Below, in pieces: positions 1 to 11,200 of a DNA stretch of 64,000 nt. How positions within the stretch are numbered: position 1 is the first letter of the stretch; every line of letters begins with the position of its first letter. The position numbers and the translations under genes were made by a program. Under the pieces are notes generated by a model. The model was not told where the DNA came from. It saw only the letters and a list, made by a program, of their open reading frames with translations, and searched no databases. This DNA is from Azolla caroliniana (Eukaryota; Plantae; Polypodiophyta), in the NCBI GenBank assembly GCA_043228905.1, contig JBHGNT010000007.1:22568001-22632000 (forward strand), read 5' to 3'.

Positions 1-678
1 TTGTGAAATCGCTTGGGATAACGAGGTGGGCTCCGGAAAGTTTAAGAGAAGATTCTTGACATTGCTTCGAAGGCCGCGCCGAAAGTGATCAGCTAAAGCT
101 TGATCATCCCAATTGACGTCGCATGCTAGTTGTCGAAATTCTGAAGCATAGACAGAAGTTGCACGCGAACCTTGTTCGAGTGCATAAATCTTGTTAAGAG
201 CTGTACGTCGTTGGTCCGTCTCTCCAAATGTGGCCTCTAACTCGGCGAGGAAGGCGGGAAAGTCCTCCAATAGAGGTGACGAGGTTTCTACCAATGGTGC
301 AAACCAAGCTTGGGTTGGACCGGAGAGAAGGGTGCCCACAAGGCCAACTTGTCAAAGACCATCTCCATAACGTTGAGGTTGTAGCCAAATTATAAGTCGA
401 ACTTGGTTGATGAACCCTCAGAAACGCGACCTCGTTCCATCAAATTTTTCTGGGAGGCTAACCTTAGGCTCAAGAAACTGTGACGAAGCTAGGCTAGATG
501 TTGGTAGAAGATCGGGCTCTAGGCTAGGTTGTTGTGGGAGACTAGGGTTCGGGGGTTGTGAGGATAGGGAGGTACCAACTTGAAGTTCTTGTAAAGAATT
601 TCGAAGAGCTTCATTTTCAAGCTGTAGTTGTCGTAAGGCTACCATTATTTGGCCTAACTCACTAGTTGAGTCAGACAT
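1..678 (-). pseudogene. Gag of a Tcn1-like (chromovirus-type) Ty3/Gypsy retrotransposon with in-frame stops; continues off the left edge
   Basis: ORF 418..678 ends EPKVSLPEKFDGTRSRF*. Reading through the TGA gives GFINQVRL...VGTLLSGPTQAWFAPL...EQGSRATSVYASEFRQLACDVNWDDQALADHFRRGL, a retrotransposon gag/capsid signature. The stops fit CGA>TGA decay. Confidence 0.85.
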
Positions 679-728
679 AGCTATGGCTTATGAGAGGGAG
701 AGCTATGAGGATGGGAAGATGAACAAAC

Positions 729-1064
729 TGTCACGGATCATAAGCTCAAGAGACAAGCAAGAAGATAACCAAATGGACAAGAAAGAAGATAGTATTAAAG
801 GAAAGACTCCATAACTAGTGTTGTTCACCTTGAATTCCTTCAAGGTGAACTCCTCTATTTATACTACATGGCATGCATACTTGTTGCACGCATGTGAATC
901 TACAATAGAGCATGTAGGTATGCATGCATGTGCCAAGTGTAAATACTACAAGGGAGCAACTATGCACATGATGCTAGCAAAATAATAAAGACCAATTACA
1001 TACATAACTATGTACTAGATATCTTGGTTAACTCATAATACTAGATTATAACATGGTCGTGTCA
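729..1064 (-). mobile_element. 5' LTR of the Tcn1-like Gypsy element
   Basis: Minus strand reads TGACACG...CGTGACA, with TATAAATA at 856-863, and lies directly upstream of the gag ATG. Its terminal 23 bp recur at 61222-61244. Confidence 0.75.
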
Positions 1065-2845
1065 AGAGTTCGAATCTTGACATATCCATAGATTGAGTTC
1101 CCTTATTCTTAGGGCCCAAACATTGAAGTGAAACCTCTTTATAACCTGCTCTAGATGATGTTCCTTCATCCATAACAACCACCATATCTGACACACCAAC
1201 ATCTTTCCCAACTCCTTCCTTACCATTCCCTTCATTAGTGATGAGAGAGAGATGGTAGAAACGAGAGATAAATAAGATATATAGATCCAAAACAACAGAA
1301 ATCTATTCATAATGAATAATCATGATGGAAGGAAGATAGAAAGAAGCTACATAAATCCAAGTCTACAAAGATATATGGATAACAACACAATCACACTACA
1401 TGAATAAGCAAGAAAAACACCACAACAAGTAGACTCCTCCACCACCTTACTCTTCTTGCTTTATATAAAGTTCTCTTCCACTAGATAAGTTTCCCTTGCT
1501 TTCTTTTTTTTTATTTTTTTAGAGTTTTTCATCGAGTCCTATTCTTATCTATGACACTGCAATCTTCAAATCGTCATATCTCCCTCGCCCGAGCTCCAAA
1601 TTTAGAGCTTTAAAAAGCTATGGATAGCTCTCTTCACAAGCGTTCTAACCCATATTTGCACATTATATTTTTCCTCCAAAAGAATGAGTTATGAGCATTC
1701 GTTGTAGACTGTGTTTTGGTGGCCCGCGTTTTTCTTCTTTTACTTTTCTCCATCTTTCTTGCTTTTAGTTTGACTTATCCTTGAGACCTTGGTTCGTGAT
1801 CTTGCCCTCCAGATGTGAACGCACCATACCTTATATTCTTGTAGACTTCAATTCCTTGAATTCTAAAAACACTTTCACAATTAAGAACCTCTATAGTTGA
1901 AGGACAATGACGATGGCATTCCGTCATAAAGTGACCCCATTCACCACATCCAAAATAGTGACCTGCAAATGTCTCCCACTTCAATTTAATACAAAGTCTT
2001 TTCATTCCAAGTGTGTTCATACGCACCCATCCTGGCCTCTTACGACTTGTATCCCATAACACACAAAATTTGCACTTATTTGTAGCATTTGCATGTGGAG
2101 ATACCAACACTTTACCCATTTGACTCATCAACTCTGGTAAAAGTGGCCATAAAAAAACATGCTTACAATCCACTGTTACCCAAATAGGGCATTCTTGTTT
2201 CAACAAAGCATGATAGTCCACAACAGGGGACCATTGCATTACATGCACCAATCGTTTATCAAAAAACACTGGAACTTTAACCAACAATGCACTTCAATGT
2301 TTTGGTGAACGAAACACTACATCATAAAACCCTTGTGGTCATGCATATATATTTTCAACACAATTTGGTGACACGATTGTGTTCAACCATTGTTTAATCC
2401 AATTAATGTATGGGAGTTTCCCAGTAAAAAACAATATAACTACACGATCATAGAATACATCAAAAGATTGCAACACTACCTTAGCATCAACATCCACATC
2501 ATGCACATCCTCATCATTGCATTCTTTTGCCGCATTTTTATTCTCTTCCACAATATCAGACAATAAGGTATTGGCAATTCCCCATAAAGTATCCCAATTA
2601 CAATTATCCTTGTCAACCTCATCTACATGTATTAATTCGGCATATGTCGCTTTTTTCTCATTAATTTCTTCAATGCCCTTAAACCTCTTAGAGCTTCCAA
2701 TGTCTTCCCTTTTACGATTACATTCAACCATCACATTACTCTTTTTTGGATCAATTGTTTCCATATCGATGTCTCCCACAATTTGAGAGGAATTCGTGTT
2801 TATATCCATTATTCTTGATGTGATAATGATCCGAGATAAAAACAA
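1065..2845 (-). pseudogene. L1-clade LINE ORF1 remnant (DUF4283-like region plus degenerate zinc knuckle), frameshifted
   Basis: ORFs 2339..2845 (VVILFFTGKLPYINWIKQWLN) and 1775..2287 (FFDKRLVHVMQWSP..CPIWV..; YFGCGEWGHFMTEC knuckle with the first Cys changed to Tyr) match plant LINE ORF1 architecture. Confidence 0.7.
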
Positions 2846-3271
2846 TTTTCCATGAACAAGAAAGACAAGCGGAACTCAACCGATTGAAGAGGTCGAAGAT
2901 GATGAATATAATCGAAGACCTGTAATGTGTGTTGAGTATGTGCATGCCAACAACACATGATTCCTGATTTTAATCGCTGCTTCTCACATAGACCACCAAA
3001 TTTAACTTGCTATATCTCGTTACGAAGCTCTAATTGAGGGCTTTCCAGCGCATGCTTTATGCTTGATTCCGTTACCAATAGAGAGCGCAACAATAAAAAC
3101 AATTTCACTTTTTGTTCCCCTCTCTACTCTTGCTTTTTTTTCGATCTCTCTCCCTCTCTCTCTCTCTCTCTCTTCCCCTCTCATGATTCTCACACATTCT
3201 TTCCCTTCTTAGTACTAATCCTCATTCTTCTCCTCTATCTTCAGTACTAATTCTCCTTGCCTCTAGTACTA

Positions 3272-4150
3272 TACCTGATAGCAATTAGGAGTTAAAGGCA
3301 TTATCTCTTACCAGGTTATGCTCTTGGAAACAGGTGTTCGATCCAAAGAAATATTGGCACTCCAAAGAGTATTTAAATATATTACAAAGGTCAAGAATAT
3401 GCAAAATCATCGATTACTGCATCTTGCTTGGAATGTTGGATGTAAGCTACAAAAGAATCATAAGAGTAAGATTCTCTCATCCGGTTGGGTTGATGACATA
3501 AGGAAATGGTTTAGAATATGGGGTGCGGATGATCTTTTAGAGCTTTCAAGCGATGCTATGCATTATGTGATGATTGAGGAAAGGTTTGTGGAATCATTAA
3601 GGATGAAGTGAGAAGATGCTAAGAGGACAATGCTAGAATACTACATTGCAAATGTCAACCGTAAATGTTGGTCTCAATATAAAGCAAGAATGCCTATTGA
3701 TCATATCCAAACTTATCTCATTACCAATATGAGTAGTAATGCCCATAGAGCCCTTACATTACTTCACATTCGATCTCACAATTTAGGTATTGAAGTTGCA
3801 TCATGGTATCAAAATCTAACGAATTTGAAGACATGTAAAGTATGCAATGAAGGCATGGTAGAGGATGAATGTCACTTGCTCTTCACATGCTCAACATATA
3901 GTGCAATTTGTTCAAGATATGTTGACATACTCAGAGGGAGTGATAACTTAAGTGCCATACTTAAGACACTACCTAGAAGGTTGATCTCATATGTGTATGC
4001 TTTATTCACACATAGAGACTTTGTGCTTCAATGTATGAATACCCTTTTTAGGAAGGAGACACATATCAAGAACACATGTACACTTTGGTCCCATAGGTCA
4101 AAATTGGCCTCTTTATGGACGATAAAAATTCTAATTCTAATTCTAATTCT
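3272..4150 (+). mobile_element. 5'-truncated RTE/RTEX-like LINE, copy A (ORF2 C-terminus plus TTCTAA tail)
   Basis: RSHNLGIEVASW..CKVCNEGMVEDECHLLFTC (CCHC zinc finger), ending in ATGGACGATAAAAA(TTCTAA)n. Homologous copies occur elsewhere in the window. Confidence 0.75.
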
Positions 4151-4570
4151 TGGAAGATCATAATGCCGAAATAATTCTCTCATAATCATGTCAAATGCAG
4201 TTTCTTCCCTATTGATAGTCTTTCTGCATGGAGGAAAATGTATCATCTTAGTGAATCGATCTGCTATAGTGAGAATAACATCAAATAGGAACTGACAATG
4301 GTGACAATTGTCAGAACAAACAACCCATATGGTTGATGTTACGAAATCTTCGACCAACAACACACAATACAACTATGAACATAATCCTCAATGCCAATAG
4401 TTTTGAGAAACTAGTCCCAAAGTTTTTCACCCTATCTAAATTGGTTATAATCTTTATGATGATTCTTGGAGCATGAACAAGAAGCATGATCTAAATGATA
4501 TGATTCAATATATCTTGGGCAAATTCGTCAGAACTAGTATTTGTTAGGATTGAATGAAGAATCTTCACGT
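4151..4570 (-). pseudogene. Old Gypsy (Tcn1-like) integrase fragment; left half of the host of the 4571-13122 insertion
   Basis: FDVILTIADRFTKMIHFPPCRKTINREETA..LFRHYDLP integrase core motif in ORF 4028..4372. Confidence 0.7.
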
Positions 4571-5244
4571 TGTCGTGGAGAAAACCGTCCCTAGGCGGAA
4601 ACCGGGTATAACGTGCGTAAACCGGCCCTTACACGTGGGCACAAGTTTTGTTGTATAGTACGTAGATAGGTACAAGTCGGCTAAGGTGAAATCCTAGGTA
4701 GCACGCATTCACTAGGGAGAAAATCGAGGCGTATCCATGTCCGAAAGGACAGGGAATAAACATGATGTAACGGGTGGTAACGGCCTCCCTCCTTGGGCTA
4801 TAAAAGAGGGAGAGGTATTGTAAAAAGGTGGGGATCGTGTTTTGTGGAGGACAAAGTGTTGCCGGACTGAAACCAAGCTCTTCTCCTCTGTCGTCTCCAT
4901 AGTCGTTCTATGCAAGTTTTCGGGAGGTTGACTCTGCTCCGCGGAACGCTCAAGTGCTTCCGGGAGAGTCTCCATCTCGCATTCTGTGTGTGTGTGTGTG
5001 TGTGCAGGCATCGGAGCCTATCACTCGCCGGCTTGCCGGTTGTAACCCCCTTGATTTATATATACATATACATTAATTCTGTCTCCATTGTTCAGAGTTA
5101 GTTGCAACTCTTGTGAATCTGTGTGCCTGTGTGCCTGTGAAGTACATCGGTAGTTTCCTTCCCCTCTTCTCATTCAGTTATTTCTCGGTCCAAGGCCCCC
5201 GTGGTCCCGCCTCGTTCCCCACGCACACGCGTAACAATGTGACA
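4571..5244 (+). repeat. 5' LTR (674 bp)
   Basis: Direct repeat of 12455-13122. Starts TGTCGTGGAG, ends ATGTGACA, TATAAAA near 4799. Confidence 0.95.
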
Positions 5245-5248
5245 TATT

Positions 5249-5266
5249 TGGTGAACCCAACGTGAA
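5249..5266 (+). promoter_or_regulatory. Primer binding site complementary to the tRNA-Trp 3' end
   Basis: TGGTGAACCCAACGTGAA versus TGGTGAACCCGACGTGAA, the reverse complement of the plant tRNA-Trp 3' end as I recall it. One mismatch; 4 nt after the LTR. Confidence 0.8.
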
Positions 5267-7374
5267 CAAGCGGTAGAGGAATAGAAAGATGAGAGGGTCG
5301 GATCTTGCAGAAGCCATGGCTTCGGCTGTGGATTGGATAGTGAGTGCGCGCGAAGGCACAGGCGCCCTCGATAGGGCTATTGAAGCAGTCGTCGGCACGA
5401 TAGGCCGGTTCGGTGGGAAGGATGCCACGAGCTATTTGAAGGCTTACCAAGCCGAAATGGTGATGAAGGACATCCCAGAGGACAGGCGACTGGCCGGATT
5501 CCCTCGGGTGGCGATGTCGGGCATCCACGCGGAGGTGCTTGAGGTACGGGCTGAGAGTCGGACCTAGGAAGAGTTTGAAGGTCGATTCCTTGAAAAATAC
5601 GGGCTTGATGACGTGCTTCGGCTATCAAAGCGGGACTTCATGGAATGGGTGGAGACCCCCGAAAAGGGGAGAAACGCGTTGGTGCTCCTTCGGGAGTTTG
5701 AAGAACGCTTCACACATCTCTCGGCGCTGGACCGGACCGTACTGGACACAAGTCGTGTCCTATTGTTTGTTAAATCGGTGGACGTAAGGGACCGGGAGCA
5801 AGTGGGCTTCCTGTTGGAGACCGATGACGGCCTAACAACCGACTGGGCCGTGGTAAAGAGAGTCAACGGCCGTTTTGACAAACGGCATGAGTAGGTCGAT
5901 AAAGGCTTGACGGGGGCGGGTTCTGTTGCGACAAGGAAGGTCGAGGTACCCCCACCGGTGCGAAGGGAAGAGACCTGAGACTAGCTCGAGACCGGCTCGA
6001 CTTCGACCAGCATTGTCAAAGGCTCATCCGGAGGAGCGGCTCTGGCTTAGCTTACTCAGATGGTGAGGGACCTCCAGATTGCACAAGCAAGGAGGGACGG
6101 CGGCGAACAAGTCTGTGATCAAAGGCCTCCGGCTGGGAACCGGTGCTTGTGGTGCGACGCGGTCGGCCACGCCCGAAAGGACTGCGGGGACTTCGCTGAA
6201 GCGATAAGAGCTAACGTGGTGTACCTATGGAATGGTCGGGTGCACGCTAGCGAGACCCGAAGGGCCCTGGATCTGAATGTCGGACAAGGGGGTATGAAAC
6301 GGCTAATGGAAGAAGCGGCGGCTCGTCACGCGAAGACCGTCCACTACTCCGCGTCGACTGGAATCCGGGTTGGAAGTGATGAAGTCCGGAAGACGAAGGA
6401 AGCCGGATTCTGGCCATTGGTGTTGGAAGGCCTCTCCGGTGTACGACTGAGGAAAGAGGAAGCGGACCGCGCGGAAAGACGGGTCTGGGAGGCAATCGGG
6501 TGGAGTGACTCGGTCGAAGAGAAGATGGGCTTCGTAGAAGCCACTTGCCAAAACTACGAGGTTCTGGTGGAGGACAAGCGTGCGGGTAAGACCGGAGGGG
6601 CCGGACCCTCACAGCGGTATGAGACCCGGTTCGGGCAAAAGCAGAATGATGCCGGTGCGACCGACGCACCGGATAAAGCCAAGAGGGTTGGGTATCGATT
6701 GAGCATGGTGATCGAGAGGACCACGGACCTGCGAAAGGTCCTCGTGGAATGTATCCTCGACAGCAAAGTAGAGTTGTCACTGAGGGAAGTGCTCGGAATT
6801 GCCAAGGAGTTCCACGACTCCATCGTGGACTTGGTGAAGCGGAAAAGGCTTTCGACAGAGCGGGAGCCAGAGAAGCCGGTGGAGGTGCAAACGACGTACC
6901 TAGAAGACATGGCTCTAGAAGACGAGTTGGCGAAGAGCCACTATTCAAGGCCACATTGGGCCAGAGCAACCACGGAGACCCCCGTTAAGATCGGAGATGT
7001 TCAGGAGCTGGTGGTGGCATTGGTGGACTATGGTTCAGAAATCAACTTGATGTCCATGGATTTCTACAAAGAAGGGGAAGTGGCCGATCAACACCAAGCA
7101 CGGGTGGAAAATACAGGCAGCAACGCGCGCCACGGAAGAGCTGCATGGAGCCTACCCGAATGTACGAGTGAAAATCGGCGATGTCGAGATTGATCAGCAC
7201 TTCTTCGTGCAGGAGACGTCCTCGCATCCGATTATACTCAGGGAACCGTACATCACGGCGGCACGGATGGAGACAAAGTTGTTGGACAACGGTTCGGCAT
7301 ATGCACGAGTCAAGAGCCAAGATGGGCGTCACTCGGTCCAATTCCTGACAGTGCGACCGAACCATGAGCGTAAC

Positions 7375-8189
7375 TAGCAATGGGCCCGATTTCGGCTCAA
7401 ACTGAACCAAACCGAAAAACCGTGGCTTAACGGTTTATAGGTTCAAAGATAAATAAACGGTTTGGTTTGGTTTCAAATGTTATTAATCAGTTTCGGTTCG
7501 GTTCGGTTCAGTTTTGAATTAACCGGTTTATTGGTTTATCGGCTTATTGGTTTCTGTTTATGTGGTTCAGTTTAAAGGTTTATTGGTTAAAAAATACTCA
7601 TAAATATTTTCTATAGGCTTTAACTTTTAACTTTTAATTTTAAACTCTTGTTTTAACTTATTAAAATTTATATGTATTATATGTAGAGTCTCTTTTTCAT
7701 TTATCATGATCAATTATGATAAGTATGATGATCAAATTTATGATTAGTATGATAATCAAATTTATGATTAGTATGATGACCAAATTTATGATTAGTATGA
7801 TGACCAAATTTATGATAAGTATGATGACAAATTTTATGATAAGTATGATGAAAAATTTTATGATGAGTATAATGACAAAATTTATGATGACTTTCTCACA
7901 CAAATTTATAATAAGTATAAGATTAATATCAATAAAAAATGGTTTGGGTTGGTTTGATTTTGATTTATGATAAATTGGTTTGGTTTGGTTTTAAATTTTT
8001 CGTAAACCGTTTGGTTTTAAACGGTTTTGTTTCTCCTATGCTTTAAACGGTTTGGTTTAACAGTTCGGTTTAAATGGCTTCATAAATTTTAAAACAGTTT
8101 GGTTCAGTTTTTATTATTAATAAATGGTTTGGTTTGGTTTGGTTTGGTTTCAAGGCCAAGAAACCGAAACCGAATCGGGCCCATTGCTA
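7375..8189. mobile_element. Non-autonomous hAT MITE (815 bp)
   Basis: Perfect 17-bp TIRs TAGCAATGGGCCCGATT / AATCGGGCCCATTGCTA, 8-bp TSD AGCGTAAC (7367-7374, 8190-8197), and subterminal AAACCG/CGGTTT arrays. Confidence 0.95.
7713..7915. repeat. 24-bp minisatellite inside the MITE
   Basis: About 8 degenerate copies of TTTATGATTAGTATGATGACCAAA. Confidence 0.85.
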
Positions 8190-8226
8190 AGCGTAACCGC
8201 GAGACCCTCAGTGACGAAAACCAAGG

Positions 8227-11200
8227 GGATTTTTAGAGAGGGCTATCAAGGCGTGGGGCCGCGATAGTCTGGACACCCCGGAAAAACCCCACAGATGTAC
8301 TATAGGCAAAAAGGCATGCACCATAGGTAGGAAATTTTGGTTCTCCGATAGCGGAGGTTGTACGATAGCCGGCGTAGTTGACCAGGAAAAGAAGTGTGTG
8401 GAGCAGCGACTTCGGGCATGCGGAGTCCTCGGCCCTAAAGAGGAAATCAACGGAGCCGTGGAGGCAGTCTTTTTCGACGACACCTTGGGGAAGTCACAAG
8501 AGGTGTTTAGAGAAGGCCTTAATGAGGACCAGACGATTCCGATATGTTCGGAAAGGATGTACAAAGTCATTGTCGACTTCGGTAATGGATTGGAGTCGGA
8601 TCGGACGGCCCGAGTGGATACGAAGTACAAGACTGTGGACCGGAATGTGAGGCTAGTCGCGGCACCCTTGCCGGAGGGCAGCGAGTTACGGATAAAGGGG
8701 GTCGCGTCGGACCCAAGTTTACGAGATCCAACCAGCATAGGACACACGTTCACCGACATAACGCTATGGGAGCTCAAGATCGGTGGGGGTGGCTTTCTAC
8801 TGCCGGCGGAAGAGGATCGGTTTCGAAGAATGCTCGGGAGGTACGGGAAGGCTTTCGCATTCTCACCGGACAAGATCAGGTGTGTAGACCCGACGGTTGT
8901 GGAACCAATGGTGATCTTCACGATACCACATGTGCCATGGAATCTCAAACCGATTCCGGTACCTAGAGTTCACATCCCGAAGCTGATGGAGCTGCTGAAA
9001 CAGAAGGTGGAGATGGGCATCATCGAACCGTCGAGTGCTCCATATTCGAATCGGTGGTTTACCATGCCGAAAAAGAACGGCACACTGCGCTTCATATAGG
9101 ACCTGCAGCCGGTCAACAAGGTGACCATTCGAAACGCAGGTATCGGACCAACCATTGATGAGTTCGCGGAGGCCTTCACAGGGAGGTTGATCTACTCGAT
9201 CAGGGATCTGTACTCAGGGTACGATCAGTTCCAACTAGCCGTAGAAAGTATGGATGTCACGACGATGCGGACTCCTCTCGGCCTAGTTCGGATGTGTACC
9301 CTACCGCAAGGGGGAACGAACTCGGTGGCGCACATGGTGAATGCGATGAACAAGGTGTTGAGGGATTGCATCCCGGACATCACCATGCCGTTTCTGGACG
9401 ACATCCCGATCAAAGGATGTCCGGTGGAGGACAAGGACGAGTCGGTCGGGCCCGACGATTGCAGGAGGTTCGTGACGGATCACATCCGCGACTGCGAGAA
9501 GGTGCTACAAAGACTCGAGAGCGCGCGGCTCACCTTCTCCGGAGAAAAATCAGCCTTCGGACAGCCGGAGATACTGGTAGTCGAACACCTCTGCGGACCT
9601 TACGGCCAGAAGTTGTCCCCGGCGAAGGTAGAAGCCATCTCCGCGATGAAGGATGATTGCGGGTCGGTCACGGAGGTCCGAAGTATGTGCGTTCTATCAC
9701 ATCTAGATTCCGCACTACGCGCATGTCGCGGAGCCGCTTTACGGGTTATTAAAGAAATGGTGCCGGTTCAAATGGAGGACGGAGCACACGGAGTCGGTCC
9801 AGAGACTGAAGGAAGCGCTCGCCGCGGCACCAGCTCTCCGGTAAGCGGTTTACGGCAAGGAAGCCCCCATTTACGTGACGATGGACACGAGCCCGACCGG
9901 GATCGGGTGGGTGATCAATCAGGAAGACGAGGACGGCGTTCGGTTCCCAATCCGGTTTGGGGCAAAGGTATTGAGCGAGCGGCAGCGAGGATACGCCCAA
10001 ATTAAGCGCGAGCTATGGGGTATCGTTTTGGCAATCAAGGTCGACAAGGACTATCTGATCGGGACGGAAGTGATCATCGAGACGGACTGCCTACTGGTTC
10101 TGGGTATGGTTTCCGATTGCGCGACTCCAGACCTGGCAATGCTCAAGTGGATCGCATACATCAAGTCCCTGAATCTGGAAATACGACACATTTTCAGAAA
10201 AGACAATGCCATGGCCGACATGCTTTCGAGAGCGAGGTTCGATGACGAGGATGGCATGGTTTTGGAGGACGAGGAAGTCGGCGTGGACTTCTTCGAGGCG
10301 GCTTACGTTGTCGTGAAGAAAACCGGCCATAGGCGGAATCGGAGAGAAAGGCGCATGAACCGGCTCTTACATAGGTGGACACGAGAATTGATATTTTGGA
10401 CATAATTCATAATTAGGTCGGCTGATGTAAATACTAGGTAGTACATATTTATTAGAGGATTGGTACGTATCTCTGTCGAAAGGGACAGGGAATAAAGCGA
10501 TTTGACTAGGGAAGAACGGTCTCCCCTTGGCGAACTATTTAAGGAGGGAGAGAAGGAAGAAAGGGTATCGCGCGTTGGCGAGGACAAAGTGCTGCTGCAG
10601 AACCGAGGGCCGAGCTCTCTCTCCTCCGATCGTCGTTCTCTACGGGTGTCGGGAGTTCGCTGCCTCTGCTTCGTGGACAACCCGTGTGCTTCCAGCAGAG
10701 GCTCTCCCCCCTTTTTTTGTTTCTTTGAGTCGAGTGGATGTCGTCTGTGTGCGTGAGTAGGACCCTGTGTCAGGTCCATTACCGGTTTGCCGATTGTAAC
10801 CATTCGAGTTGTAAGCTACTGATTATAGTAATTGGATTCCTATTTCTTGCTCTTATTTTCTTTCTATGTGTTTGCAATTCTCTCCCTCTCTCTCACTCTC
10901 TCCTTGGTCCAAGTCCCCTGTGGTCCCGCCTCTTCCTACATGCACGTGCGAAACTTTGCGACAACGTAACAACAAGAAAGGGGAGCACTCCGACGCTTAA
11001 CAAATTCGACGAGAGTAAGTACGATGGGGAGTGGCTCCAGATCGGTGGGTCCTGAAGACAATGACACCAGACACGGCGTGGACGAATGAAGAGACCAACC
11101 GGATTTGGAAGAAAGCGTAATGATTCTTCCTACGGGACAGGAGCATATGGAAGCACCCAAAGAAGAGAAACGACATCCCACTCCGAGTGGCGTCGAGGAA

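Larger units (their letters stand above)
5289..8236 (+). pseudogene. gag-protease ORF of the Gypsy element (stops, frameshift, MITE insertion)
   Basis: FGGKDATSYLKAY gag start, CLWCDAVGHARKDC zinc knuckle, ALVDYGSEINLM aspartic protease. After removing the MITE the frame ends at GAT TTT TAG (8228-8236). Confidence 0.85.

Noticed and set aside
7697-7970. Met/Ile-rich repeat ORFs on both strands, and a possible CRISPR-like array
   Set aside because: These are translations of a 24-bp minisatellite inside a hAT MITE. The repeats are contiguous with no unique spacers, and the context is eukaryotic.
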